From IMG/VR virus record IMGVR_UViG_3300045919_000631, positions 32,001 to 96,000 of that record: 64,000 nt of DNA; one strand, 5' to 3'. This DNA comes from a virus. The position numbers were made by a program, and so were the translations under genes. Positions 9,401 to 18,704 of the stretch are shown here, piece by piece. A model generated the notes under the pieces. That model saw only the letters and a program-made list of their open reading frames with translations. It did not search any database and was not told the DNA's origin. The first letter of the stretch is position 1, and each line of letters opens with the position of its first letter.

Positions 9401-11262
9401 ACGGGTACTGCGGTGCTTTTATTGGTGCTGGATTTGGAAACTTTGTGTGCCAGCTTGGATCAGTAATTGTTGGTGGTGTTAGTAATACAGCTTGCGGTGC
9501 TTATTCTATTATAGCTGGTGGTAGAGTTAATAATATAGCAGCAAACACTGATGCAGCAGCTATATTAGGTGGGTGCGGTAATTATACATGCGGTTTTTGT
9601 TCATTTATCGGTGGTGGTTGTTTTAACTGTGTGCGAGACCATTTTAATGCGATAGTTGGTGGTGCAGGAAATCAAATTCAGCAAGGTCAAGCTTGGTCAA
9701 CTATTGCTGGAGGTCTTAGCAATTGCATAACAGGGTACTACACTAATCCAGCCAATCATTCATTTATTGGTGGTGGTTGTTTTAACACTGTGTATTGCGT
9801 TGACGGTGGTTTTATTGGTGGTGGTTATAGCAATTTAATACAAAGCACGTATGGATTTACCAACGGTCTTGGTAAAAACACAGCATCATCAATCGTTGGT
9901 GGCACAAATAATTGCATATTAAGCTCATACAACTTTATCGGTGGTGGTACAAATAACTTTATAAAAGCTTGCTACAGTTCAATTAATGGCGGTGCTAATA
10001 ACTCACTAAGCGGCTGTAACAGCTTTATTGGCGGTGGCTTTAGTAATTCTGCATCGGGTAATTGCGCCAGCATCGTCGGTGGTTATTGCAATATTTTAAG
10101 CAGTGATTGTAGTTTTATTGGTGGTGGCAATAATAATACCACTGGATACGGTACCAATATAGTAATTGCTGGCGGTAGTAATAATACTGCTAGTGGATTT
10201 TACACCACTATAGTTGGTGGGTGTGTAAATTGTATTTGCACCGGAGCTATTTATAGCTTTATTGGTGGTGGTCGTAATAACACAGCTGCTGTTGATACTT
10301 CAATAGTTGTCGGTGGATGCTATAATACCGCTTACGGTGGTTGTGGTGCTTTTGTTGGTGGTGGTTATCTAAATTTTACTAACGCAATAGCTGGAGCAGT
10401 CGTTGGTGGTTATCAAAATTGCTCAACTAGCGGTAACTACACTACTATAGGTGGTGGTCGCCAAAATACAGTTTGTGCTGAAGTTGCAGTAATTGCTGGT
10501 GGTTGCCAAAATTTCTCATGTGGACAGTATTCAGGTATTTTAGGTGGACAATTAAATCAAGTAAGAGATCATTGGTCATCAGTTGTTGGTGGGTGTGTAA
10601 ATTGCATACAACAAGGTAATTGTTATTCAACCATCGTTGGTGGTTTAAGCAATTGCATAACTGGTAATTATAACACTCCAGCAAACTTTGGATTTATTGG
10701 TGGTGGGGTTTGCAACCAACTGTATTGCGCAGATTCTGGCGCAATTGTCGCTGGACAATACAATTGCATTGTCCATCAAAATAACGGAGCAATTAACTTG
10801 GGTAAAAATATTGCTTCAGCAATTGTTGGTGGCACAAATAATTGCATATTAAGCTCATACAACTTTATCGGTGGTGGTACAAATAACTTTATAAAAGCTT
10901 GCTACAGTTCAATTAATGGCGGTGCTAATAACTCACTAAGCGGCTGTAACAGCTTTATTGGCGGTGGCTTTAGTAATTCTGCATCGGGTAATTATGCTAC
11001 TATCGTTGGTGGATATTGCAATTTAGTGACAACTGATTGCTCAGGCATTCTCGGTGGTATGTTCAATAAAGTTAGCCACGCTTGCTCGTTTACAGTTGGT
11101 GTCAATCTTTCAACAAACGCGACAAACACAACCTATATGAATAATTTGAGCGTTCAAACGTTATTGAATGCTGGCGGGCTTCCAAGCACCTCAGCTGGAC
11201 AGCCAAAAGGAACAATTTATTATTGCTCCACTGACTCAAATAGGCTATATTACGTGCCTTGA
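6463..11262 (+). CDS. long tail fibre/adhesin-like protein, Gly/Asn/Cys-rich repeats
   Basis: 1599 aa; repeated LTVVGNISA and QVQ(F/Y)N modules, then many (F/I/V)xGGxxN repeats; TAAATA at 6450-6455. Confidence 0.75.
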   Translation: MSQNVNYRDTNFTSLVSLGIGTDNPNHALTVVGNISSTGNIYGNFVAASGAGSAGGVNSQVQFNNSGLLAGDSGLTYTNSTSTLTVSNEYVKTALAIGILSGASALTVVGNISASGIIYGNIPLLSALASAFGPNTQVQYASAGLLASVPTFTYNPVNSSVNVPNVYTSNIILSSLAVGALSGSEVATIVGNLSVTGTIYGNLSTNQFLLSAAGPTNSVQFNLNGKLSADAGLTYTQATSTLFARNTNITLLTATSSVFTSKVGINTITPNEMLTVVGNISATGSIYGSVTIPPVTATGVAAGINTQVQYNRSGILSANAGFAYFDNLSSVVVGSGNSLSGLSAFNSAILGANNIVSHPNVFTLGSNLTSFAANYTLVNNLSTNGQVAANTVVANTLSAAGSIFGTFPQLSAAGAAAGAATWVQYNTGGALGADAGFIYLRTISGVQIGANNVVSGLYSGALGQNNTVSHNNAFAFGTNLVSNTANFTYVNNLSTPGQVRASCVTVVGDISATGTVYGTVVLPALTSTAFAAGSATNIQFAKNSLLAGDNAFVYLQSLTALQVGSNQAISGPFSSLVGGLSNTITASASFIAGGVNNRVDGINSVINGGTYNRSWSANSFIGAGTNNTVVNDLAVALGGNNNIVSGSGSANVGGIVNVVNGCYSANIGGALNNVQGTCAASVGGAFNQPAGTFSGTVGGCNNIACCAGSSVVGGFSNLACGNCSTIAGGVCNTTKGPYAAIIGGCCLTETGIASVLVGGLTNTITGSGSVIAGGLNNTATANYSLIGAGYNNAINNTVSGSVILGGSNNTITHNDAIVLGTGLSSVSANYVVVSNLSAKFNIYASNLPTAPTGESQAIYVSAGNFATNQGFQYLPQLSALVVGKGNSTVGLYGTVAGGYCNILSGDCSFIGGGNNNTTGYGTNIVIAGGGFNTSFASYAAMGGGFCNINNTTYGFVGGGRCNNNTADAGVLVGGCSNINNGYCGAFIGAGFGNFVCQLGSVIVGGVSNTACGAYSIIAGGRVNNIAANTDAAAILGGCGNYTCGFCSFIGGGCFNCVRDHFNAIVGGAGNQIQQGQAWSTIAGGLSNCITGYYTNPANHSFIGGGCFNTVYCVDGGFIGGGYSNLIQSTYGFTNGLGKNTASSIVGGTNNCILSSYNFIGGGTNNFIKACYSSINGGANNSLSGCNSFIGGGFSNSASGNCASIVGGYCNILSSDCSFIGGGNNNTTGYGTNIVIAGGSNNTASGFYTTIVGGCVNCICTGAIYSFIGGGRNNTAAVDTSIVVGGCYNTAYGGCGAFVGGGYLNFTNAIAGAVVGGYQNCSTSGNYTTIGGGRQNTVCAEVAVIAGGCQNFSCGQYSGILGGQLNQVRDHWSSVVGGCVNCIQQGNCYSTIVGGLSNCITGNYNTPANFGFIGGGVCNQLYCADSGAIVAGQYNCIVHQNNGAINLGKNIASAIVGGTNNCILSSYNFIGGGTNNFIKACYSSINGGANNSLSGCNSFIGGGFSNSASGNYATIVGGYCNLVTTDCSGILGGMFNKVSHACSFTVGVNLSTNATNTTYMNNLSVQTLLNAGGLPSTSAGQPKGTIYYCSTDSNRLYYVP
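9151..11007 (+). repeat. tandem ~930-bp duplication inside fibre gene
   Basis: 9895-10063 is identical to 10825-10993 (169 bp, offset 930); 9151-9245 is near-identical to 10078-10172 (offset 927); middles diverged. Confidence 0.9.
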
Positions 11263-12158
11263 TTTTTGACTGATGCAATTATTGCATTAACATCAAACAA
11301 TTCATTTGTGCTATATGGATACTCGTGATCTTGACCATCAAAATTATAGTCAAAGATAAAGCTATCAATTAAATGCTCCATATCGCGTTTTGCAGTTGGA
11401 TAGATATTATCGTGAATATTATATCCAAATGTTGTATGCGATGTACCGACCCAAGCAACTGTTGACGGCAATCCTAGCGTAGCGGCAGCATGTTGCATGC
11501 TACTATCAATCAATAAACGCTTTTTTGACATTAAAAGCATAGCCATGAACTCACGCTTACCAATTTCAGGCAGTGCCTCAGTCCCATTTAATTTAAAGCC
11601 GGTTGGTCTTGATACTTGAATAATATGATGCGTATCTTTAAAAGCGTCAACCACTTGTTGGGCCTGATAAATTGGAAAATCTCTGGTCCAGCTATACGGT
11701 TTTTGTGAAGCCCAGGCACCTCCACAAGTTTGAAATATCATTATTGGCTTAGGATTGGCGTATTTTTGTTGAACATTTTCAAGCTCTCGAGCATTAAAAT
11801 ATAGACGCGGAGTCTCATTGTTATATTTCAATTTAAACAATTCACACCAGCTGATAATAACGTGCTGCTTCTTTTGAATATGAGCGGCTGTAAAGTATGG
11901 CTCGTTTTTAAAGATTAATGTGTCTTTATCTTGAATATAATCTCTATAAAAATAAGGATGAGCTCCAGAGCGGTATACTCTTGCGACATTTGGGTTATTT
12001 AAATAAACTTCAGGCCAAGGTGTAACAACAATTAAATCACGTTCAGGATGATTTGCTTTAATTGCAGCCGCTACAGCTGTCGATGCAATGATTTTTCCAA
12101 GACCACCTTCAGGAATAAAAACGGAATAGCTTTTTGGCTCACTTAATACTAATGTCAT
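11250..12158 (-). CDS. GT9-like (heptosyltransferase-like, GT-B fold) glycosyltransferase
   Basis: GGLGKIIASTAVAAAIKANHPERDLIVVT N-terminal motif and IDSSMQHAAATLGLPSTVAW, matching the GT9 DSGxxHxAxAxGxP motif. Confidence 0.8.
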   Translation of the reverse strand: MTLVLSEPKSYSVFIPEGGLGKIIASTAVAAAIKANHPERDLIVVTPWPEVYLNNPNVARVYRSGAHPYFYRDYIQDKDTLIFKNEPYFTAAHIQKKQHVIISWCELFKLKYNNETPRLYFNARELENVQQKYANPKPIMIFQTCGGAWASQKPYSWTRDFPIYQAQQVVDAFKDTHHIIQVSRPTGFKLNGTEALPEIGKREFMAMLLMSKKRLLIDSSMQHAAATLGLPSTVAWVGTSHTTFGYNIHDNIYPTAKRDMEHLIDSFIFDYNFDGQDHEYPYSTNELFDVNAIIASVKNQGT

Positions 12159-12187
12159 GAAGCTACTTACATAACACTAACAATCTA

Positions 12188-12397
12188 TCAAGACTTATTG
12201 GCAATTAAATCATCAAAAGTACTGACTAGGGTGGTGTGGAGGCTTGGATATGCTAAGTTCTTATCAAAGATTTTACAGAAACTATCAGTTTGTTTTAGTT
12301 CTTCAACGCGGGCTAATATACTTTGACACTCAATTAGGGCCCATTTATTGTAGCTATAATGTTGTTGAACAGTATTTACTAGAGTTTGCCAATCCAT
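12188..12397 (-). CDS. hypothetical protein (start likely ATG 12397, MDWQTL)
   Basis: within ORF 12188..12439; minus-strand TATAAATA ends 5 nt upstream of ATG 12397. Confidence 0.55.
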   Translation of the reverse strand: MDWQTLVNTVQQHYSYNKWALIECQSILARVEELKQTDSFCKIFDKNLAYPSLHTTLVSTFDDLIANKS

Positions 12398-12402
12398 TTG
12401 AT

Positions 12403-12414
12403 TATTTATAAATA
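12403..12414. promoter_or_regulatory. palindromic bidirectional T4-type late promoter TATTTATAAATA
   Basis: perfect 12-bp palindrome containing TATAAATA on each strand, 5 nt from ATG 12397 (-) and 5 nt from GTG 12420 (+). Confidence 0.75.
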
Positions 12415-12419
12415 TACTT

Positions 12420-13085
12420 GTGATATCTGTACCTTTCACAATTTACGATTATAATAACTCCGTATTAACTGCAGCGTCTGGTTATTCCGTGCAATTTAAC
12501 ACTTTTAAATTTTCAACAGACTTCACTTCTATTACAGCGGGTATATCCGATAAAAAAGTTGTTTGGAATTTTGGTGATGGTACAACCTCAGCTGAGTTAA
12601 CAGCTACGCACTGGTATAAATATCCTGGGACTTATCTCGTTCAGCTAAATCTTTTTGATCAGTTTGGGCAAGGTACTCAAAATTCTTATGTAAGCTCAAT
12701 AGCAATATATAATTATATACCCGATACTATTATTATATCATCAACTGTGCAGCCAATTTTAACAAGCGGTGAAGCTGTTACTCAATTATTTTTAACAAGA
12801 TATAACTCTTGGCAAATGTCATCAAGTGCTGAAAACACTGTAATAAATTTGACAGTATCAGGCAATCAATCACCTTTTTATAGTGCATCGGCATATAATT
12901 CAGATAAATTTGCTCACCTAAAATCATCGAGTCGATTTGCTTTAAGTTCTACGTTTGGACTAACTGTAGTCGATCAAGTATCCACAACTAACAATCCGAT
13001 ATTTTTACTAGTTAATGGAACTAATTATTTGGTAGGCACGAGCGGTGTGAGCTCATTTTATTACATTGAAGATTCAAAGATATAG
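12420..13085 (+). CDS. PKD-domain virion protein
   Basis: VVWNFGDGTTS....ATHWYKYPGTYLVQL PKD signature. Confidence 0.8.
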   Translation: MISVPFTIYDYNNSVLTAASGYSVQFNTFKFSTDFTSITAGISDKKVVWNFGDGTTSAELTATHWYKYPGTYLVQLNLFDQFGQGTQNSYVSSIAIYNYIPDTIIISSTVQPILTSGEAVTQLFLTRYNSWQMSSSAENTVINLTVSGNQSPFYSASAYNSDKFAHLKSSSRFALSSTFGLTVVDQVSTTNNPIFLLVNGTNYLVGTSGVSSFYYIEDSKI

Positions 13086-13093
13086 ACTATAAT
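13066..13093 (+). promoter_or_regulatory. sigma70-like promoter TTGAAG-N16-TATAAT
   Basis: -35 at 13066-13071, -10 at 13088-13093, 6 nt before ATG 13100. Confidence 0.55.
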
Positions 13094-13099
13094 AAAGAA

Positions 13100-13798
13100 A
13101 TGGTAATTTTTGATCCCACTAACCACACATATAAAAATCCAGAAAGTGGTGAGTTTTATAAGTCAGTTTCAACTCTTTTATCTCAATACAAGAAGCCATT
13201 TGATGCAAAGTTTTTTTCGAAGATAGTCGCTAAGAGAGAAGGCGTTTCACAGCAAGCTATTTTAGATAAATGGGATAAAAATACTCAAGAAGCGTGCATA
13301 AAGGGTAAAGATATTCACAGCATTATTGAAGGTTACATAAAAAATGACGCTTATGATATTGAAAACTTATCTTTGATAGACGAGTTTAAAAAAGTTTTTA
13401 ACAAGGAAGAATTTAAAGTTTTTCATAGTGAGAAAATCTTGTTCAGTGACGAACATAAAGTAGCCGGCACTTCAGATTGTATTGCTGATAACATAAAAGG
13501 TAATACTTTTGATGTTTACGATTTTAAAACAAATAAAAATTTCCAATTCTTTAATAAATATAATGAGTACCTCTTAAAACCTCTAGAACATTTACAGAAT
13601 TGTCATTTCAATGTCTACGCTTTGCAACTATCACTATACGCTTTTTTATATAGTAAAATGTCTGGTAAATCTGTTCGAAAATTAGCACTTTATTACTATG
13701 ATGACACTAAGTTCAACTATATTAATGTCCCGTACATGCGTTGGGATATTGCTGTTTTATTAAAACATTATGGATCCAATCATCCTGAAAAAAGTTAA
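13100..13798 (+). CDS. PD-(D/E)XK exonuclease (phage Cas4/RecB-like)
   Basis: HTY..SVSTLLS, GKDIHSIIE, SEKILF..VAGTSD, VYDFKT, YALQLSLYA motifs. Confidence 0.85.
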   Translation: MVIFDPTNHTYKNPESGEFYKSVSTLLSQYKKPFDAKFFSKIVAKREGVSQQAILDKWDKNTQEACIKGKDIHSIIEGYIKNDAYDIENLSLIDEFKKVFNKEEFKVFHSEKILFSDEHKVAGTSDCIADNIKGNTFDVYDFKTNKNFQFFNKYNEYLLKPLEHLQNCHFNVYALQLSLYAFLYSKMSGKSVRKLALYYYDDTKFNYINVPYMRWDIAVLLKHYGSNHPEKS

Positions 13799-14036
13799 GA
13801 CGCTTTTGATGACTTGCACTGCTGATAATTGCAGCAGCGTTAAAAGCAAATTGATGACAATATTAAAACCAACTGAGGCTGACTTAATGTATATTCATTT
13901 TTTGGATATTGAGCCTCATTTCATCAAAGAAACCTGCAAGATACCTGCATCTCAGGTAATTCCTCAATTTAACGATTACTTTCAATCGAGCAATCCTGTG
14001 ACATATTTGTATGTTGATGACTACTTAGAGACCTGA
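13770..14036 (+). CDS. hypothetical protein
   Basis: 88-aa ORF overlapping the nuclease 3' end. Confidence 0.55.
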   Translation: MDPIILKKVKTLLMTCTADNCSSVKSKLMTILKPTEADLMYIHFLDIEPHFIKETCKIPASQVIPQFNDYFQSSNPVTYLYVDDYLET

Positions 14037-14056
14037 TAACGTAATTAAATAATCTT

Positions 14057-17000
14057 GTGCTATCAGGGTTAAATACATTAAGTCCAGTATCATTTAATTA
14101 CAATAACGACAGCGATTTATCTGTAAATCAGACGCCTTTTGCTACACAACAGGGGCTTAATCTCAATTTTGTAAGCCTTTTAAGTTCGTGTCGAGACGAA
14201 GCTGTGTTAAATTATTCAAACACATTTTTATCCGACTTAATTGATATAAACGATTGCATGCAAATTGCAGCAAAGCAATCTATCCCCTTACGGTTTTCGA
14301 CATATTTTGCATTTAACTCTTACCCATCAATTAATATAGCATCAAGCTATTTGCAAATTATTTCAAATCCTGGCAATATCTCAGCTTTAACGTTTGTCAA
14401 CACGTTATGCGACTCATTAAATTCATATTTTGTATTTAGCGACGTTGATGGTATATCTTGCAAAATAAGCACAATAGATAACTCTATTACTAAGTTTTTG
14501 ACTGTCGACCCAGCAACAAGTGCTTGCATTTTTTCCGTTGAAACATCAGCAATAACAGCTATTAGTTCTAATCGATTTGAGTATGCATTAGATAATAGTG
14601 GATTCTTAAAACTTTTTTATAGAGGTGCTGGGACTCTTTGCACTGTATCTAAAGTTAATAACAGTCTTAGCGCTGTGCCCATTGCTGTTATAAATCCGTT
14701 TAGTACAATTCTTACAACTTCATATAAACCAGTAACGCCTCCAAATATAAGAAATAACTTTGTTTATTATGATGGGATTAAAAACTTTAAAGTAAATTCT
14801 GCAAAATCAATTTCAACTCAACAGAATTACGCCGCGCATTACGAGCATGAGAGCCAGAGTAATTTTCAAAATAGTGTGTCAGCTGGTATCGATTTTTTTA
14901 AATTAAAAAACACTCTAAGCGATAATTATTGGATTAATGATACTTTGCCTTTTGATAAAAAAACAGTTCAAAGAAGATACTCAAACATTTTATCAAAGCA
15001 AAATAGTGAAAAATTTGCGGCGGATTTGCAATTTAACTACGCTTACTACACAAAAGAGTATTATTTTGCTCCAGATATAACAACTAAATTTACTTTACCT
15101 GACTCCTTATACCCATACCTGAATATTAATATTAATGATAGCAGCCTTGCATTGGCAGGATCATATGGTGGTATGTCTCCTGTATTTTCTGATAAAATTT
15201 TTAAGCAAAATGATGTCAATTTAAACTTGACAGATTTTAATAATTCAAACGGTCTGTATTTATTTTCATGGTTATATACAAGCAGTAATCAGCTCACCTC
15301 ATATTGGGTTGATAGATATTATTACCCAAAAAGCACCTCACTGACAAATGCTTACACAGGTGCTTCATATCAAATTTTCTCTTACGTATCTGATTTATCT
15401 GCATATTTGTCTCTCAATAGTGTAAGCAATTTTCTATACTATGATATTAAGAGTTCGCAGGTATTAGAGCCTCTGGCAACTTATTATTATTCAAGAATAG
15501 GATCAAATTACATCGAAAAGGTAGTTAGTAAATTTGCAACTGCCTTAAGTTCGTTAGATTCAAGTTACTTCACGATTAGTAACCCAAGTAACGCGTTCTC
15601 GGTTGCATTTAACTTAAATTGCGACCGTATCAGCAACGTTAAGACACCTTTATTAGTTGGTAATAACTTTGATGAAGGAGTTAGTGTATATAAAGGCGGA
15701 ACTGAAAACATTTTCACTCCAGGCTATTTTATATCAACTGATAAGCTTATTAATTTTTATGATATTGATGATGCCTTAACGTTTACATTAAACTTAAGCA
15801 CATATGTTGGTAGCTCCGTAAAGATATTGGATGTAGTAAATACTGGATTTGACCATCCACAGAAAGTGTTTTATGTTAATACAGCAAATAGCTATCCAGG
15901 ATTTATTGATTTTAGTCTTGATGGTAAAGTACTAAACAAAGTCGAGTTTTCAAACCTTGCTAATAAATTTGATGCAGGTATAAGTGGAAAAACGTATATC
16001 GGTAATGCCAATATAATTTACTACAACACAAATGGAGCACTTACTAGCGCTTATAATTTTGATTATATCAATAATACTCACGATTTAGGTACAGTATATG
16101 CTAACCCAAGCGGTTGCTTTGTATCTTTTAACAGCTCTCTTTGCGCGTTATCAGGCACACACGGTGTTGTTTTTGGTAAATATGGTGTATCTAAAGCAAA
16201 TAACGTGATTTATTTTAGAAATTTAGCAACAGGTATATATTCTGAATACGTTGCTTTAAGTACATCAAATGCTGTATTTGACTTACAGTCTTATAACAAC
16301 TTGTTGTATGTGCAAACTAATACAAAAGTATCAGCTATTGATTCTCTTAAAAACGTTGTAAGCACGTTTTATCTAAACACGAGTGCTGTATCTGGGCTTG
16401 CAATTGATTTTATTAACAAAGATTTTTCTACAAAATTGCTAAGCTATTCTGTAGATATTAGTGGTCGCATTATTGTCGATACGTTTAATATTGATACCAC
16501 AAAATTGGAGTCAACGTTTGCAACTAACTTAACTGCAATCTCTTCACAGTATCAAGAGATTGCAAATAATATCAACACACAATTATTCACTCCAGTAAAT
16601 TTCACAACTATTAATAGCATTAATAAATTTGATACTAATGATATCATTGTGCGTGCTGATTTATTTTCTGGAAATAATTACAAGAATAAAACAACTCAAA
16701 TAATTGGAAGCAGTATGACCAGCAATCAGCGTTTATTACTATCATTTGACCCGACAAATGGTATAATAAAATTGTATATTGATGGTGTGCTCACTAATTT
16801 TGCTTCAATTTCAGCTAATACATTTTTGAATAGTTACTTTCTTGCAAATACTTTCGGAGTTGGTGTACCATACATTGGAAATATACCAGTGACTAGTTTA
16901 ATTGCTTCTTGTAGTTGTGCTCCTATGGACTATCAATTAGCAAATTTTAAAGTGTATAACAATGCTTTAACTGATGATGAAGCAAAATTTGACTCACTAT

Positions 17001-17254
17001 TGAATAAGCGTATTCAAGGCATAAATTTTGACGTACCACAAGGCACGCGCAATAATACAGATTCTATAGCATCATTTAATAAATTCTTAATACCAGGCCG
17101 CAAAAATAACAACATAAAAGTGTATATCAAAAATTTGAATCTTAGTCAAGCATCGCAATTACAGCTTATCTCTCTTTTACAGAGCAAGTTAGTTGATGTT
17201 TTACCAGCTAATACCAATAACGTAGAGTTTGATTTTTCAATAAACAATGAGTGA
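14057..17254 (+). CDS. large virion/baseplate-associated protein with C-terminal LamG-like segment
   Basis: 1065 aa, S/N/Y-rich; IKLYIDG and FKVYNNALTDDE resemble concanavalin/LamG; TAAATA at 14046-14051. Confidence 0.6.
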   Translation: MLSGLNTLSPVSFNYNNDSDLSVNQTPFATQQGLNLNFVSLLSSCRDEAVLNYSNTFLSDLIDINDCMQIAAKQSIPLRFSTYFAFNSYPSINIASSYLQIISNPGNISALTFVNTLCDSLNSYFVFSDVDGISCKISTIDNSITKFLTVDPATSACIFSVETSAITAISSNRFEYALDNSGFLKLFYRGAGTLCTVSKVNNSLSAVPIAVINPFSTILTTSYKPVTPPNIRNNFVYYDGIKNFKVNSAKSISTQQNYAAHYEHESQSNFQNSVSAGIDFFKLKNTLSDNYWINDTLPFDKKTVQRRYSNILSKQNSEKFAADLQFNYAYYTKEYYFAPDITTKFTLPDSLYPYLNININDSSLALAGSYGGMSPVFSDKIFKQNDVNLNLTDFNNSNGLYLFSWLYTSSNQLTSYWVDRYYYPKSTSLTNAYTGASYQIFSYVSDLSAYLSLNSVSNFLYYDIKSSQVLEPLATYYYSRIGSNYIEKVVSKFATALSSLDSSYFTISNPSNAFSVAFNLNCDRISNVKTPLLVGNNFDEGVSVYKGGTENIFTPGYFISTDKLINFYDIDDALTFTLNLSTYVGSSVKILDVVNTGFDHPQKVFYVNTANSYPGFIDFSLDGKVLNKVEFSNLANKFDAGISGKTYIGNANIIYYNTNGALTSAYNFDYINNTHDLGTVYANPSGCFVSFNSSLCALSGTHGVVFGKYGVSKANNVIYFRNLATGIYSEYVALSTSNAVFDLQSYNNLLYVQTNTKVSAIDSLKNVVSTFYLNTSAVSGLAIDFINKDFSTKLLSYSVDISGRIIVDTFNIDTTKLESTFATNLTAISSQYQEIANNINTQLFTPVNFTTINSINKFDTNDIIVRADLFSGNNYKNKTTQIIGSSMTSNQRLLLSFDPTNGIIKLYIDGVLTNFASISANTFLNSYFLANTFGVGVPYIGNIPVTSLIASCSCAPMDYQLANFKVYNNALTDDEAKFDSLLNKRIQGINFDVPQGTRNNTDSIASFNKFLIPGRKNNNIKVYIKNLNLSQASQLQLISLLQSKLVDVLPANTNNVEFDFSINNE

Positions 17255-18704
17255 TATAAAAAAATATGAATTCAGTGACGGTTCTCTGTTTACGTTAACG
17301 GGCTCTAATTATATTGGGTACTTTAATATAACTGATAATGTTGCGTACGCTGGCAAATACACTCAAGATGTTGCATTAGCTAACAAAAGCAATGTTAAAA
17401 CAGCAGTGACAATTTCTGATAAGTTTTTTAATAGATTAATCAATCAAAACATATCCTTGTCGTATAGCTTATCTGATTTTGTCTTTTATCCTGGAGAACT
17501 TCTTAACAAAAACTCAATCAATGTTAAATTAGAATATGCTTTCGAAAATTTTATTGATGTATACAGAGCCTGTTTTATGGCTTCATCAAATTTACCTTAT
17601 AGTTTTCAAAATTTTGCAGCTTTATCGTCAACAAGTGGTGGACTTAGTATTGTTTGGGCAAACTCCGCAACGAGTTTTGCAGCAGGATTTTCCGCCTTAA
17701 GTGCTTTATATCCACAAATTCAATCATCTAGCCGTATTTGCTACGCTCCTAACAAATACTCAACAAATAAGACTCTAATTGTTGCAAATTCAGCATCACT
17801 TCATGTTTTTAAAGTTAATCAAAGCCAAAACACTTTCACGTTCGTATTTTCTTCAGCGTTTGTCGCAACTAATAATAGTCTTGACTATAATCAACTAACG
17901 TTTAAAAATATCACAAGCATAGCCCGTGATGGAAATTCTTTTTACGTTTGCGATGCTGGCAATGCAATTGTATATGCTTATGATATTTCTGATGTCTTAG
18001 CTGAAGACCGTGCACTTGGCAAACAATTTAATCTCAAAAATTCAATAAATCATAACGCTTTGCTTATTCAGCCAACTATAGTTGAAGCATCAGAAAATTA
18101 TGTGTTTGTGTATGATAGCTCTTCTAATTTAGTTTATTTTTATGATGCTAATTTTAATCATATTAATACGTATCGAAATTCAAAGTTTTTTAGCAAACAT
18201 CCTGTTGTAGATTTGACTTACTATAAGCCATATAATCAACTATTTGCACTTACTCAAGATTTCAATATTGCTAAGATCAATCTAGATACAAGCTCAACAA
18301 TTGTTGCTCTTAATACTGCCTATACCGTATCCGGAGAGCTTGCTAAAAAGATTATATTTTCAAACTCTAATTCAGATGTGTTTTACTTGATGACGAACTC
18401 GTCTTTATATAAAAAGTTTGTATCAAACCCAGAACCAAACATCGGGTCTTTCTTTTTTAATTACAAATACGACACTGATCAAACTGCTGTATATTGGGAT
18501 ACATATTCTGTTAATTGGAGCGCGGCTAATATTAACTGGGATTACGGTCCAAAATCGGCATCTTTTAGTTCAGCCTCAGCAGTAAATATATACGACATTG
18601 ATACCTTCAATTCTGATTTAAGTTCTGATGATATCATGCTATATGCATTCAATTCATTTTTGAACTATAATGAGATTACAGTATTTAACTCAATTTTAAA
18701 ATAA
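17247..18704 (+). CDS. virion protein with probable beta-propeller (NHL-like) region
   Basis: FYVCDAGNAIVYAYD and VFVYDSSSNLVYFYD blade-like repeats. Confidence 0.55.
   Translation: MSDIKKYEFSDGSLFTLTGSNYIGYFNITDNVAYAGKYTQDVALANKSNVKTAVTISDKFFNRLINQNISLSYSLSDFVFYPGELLNKNSINVKLEYAFENFIDVYRACFMASSNLPYSFQNFAALSSTSGGLSIVWANSATSFAAGFSALSALYPQIQSSSRICYAPNKYSTNKTLIVANSASLHVFKVNQSQNTFTFVFSSAFVATNNSLDYNQLTFKNITSIARDGNSFYVCDAGNAIVYAYDISDVLAEDRALGKQFNLKNSINHNALLIQPTIVEASENYVFVYDSSSNLVYFYDANFNHINTYRNSKFFSKHPVVDLTYYKPYNQLFALTQDFNIAKINLDTSSTIVALNTAYTVSGELAKKIIFSNSNSDVFYLMTNSSLYKKFVSNPEPNIGSFFFNYKYDTDQTAVYWDTYSVNWSAANINWDYGPKSASFSSASAVNIYDIDTFNSDLSSDDIMLYAFNSFLNYNEITVFNSILK

Noticed and set aside
9151-11007. 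Possible diversity-generating retroelement TR/VR pair
   Set aside because: Both copies are in-frame in one gene, differences are not confined to adenines, and no reverse transcriptase is visible
13100-13798. Cas4 implying a CRISPR system
   Set aside because: Stand-alone PD-(D/E)XK nuclease lacking the C-terminal Fe-S cysteine cluster; common in phages
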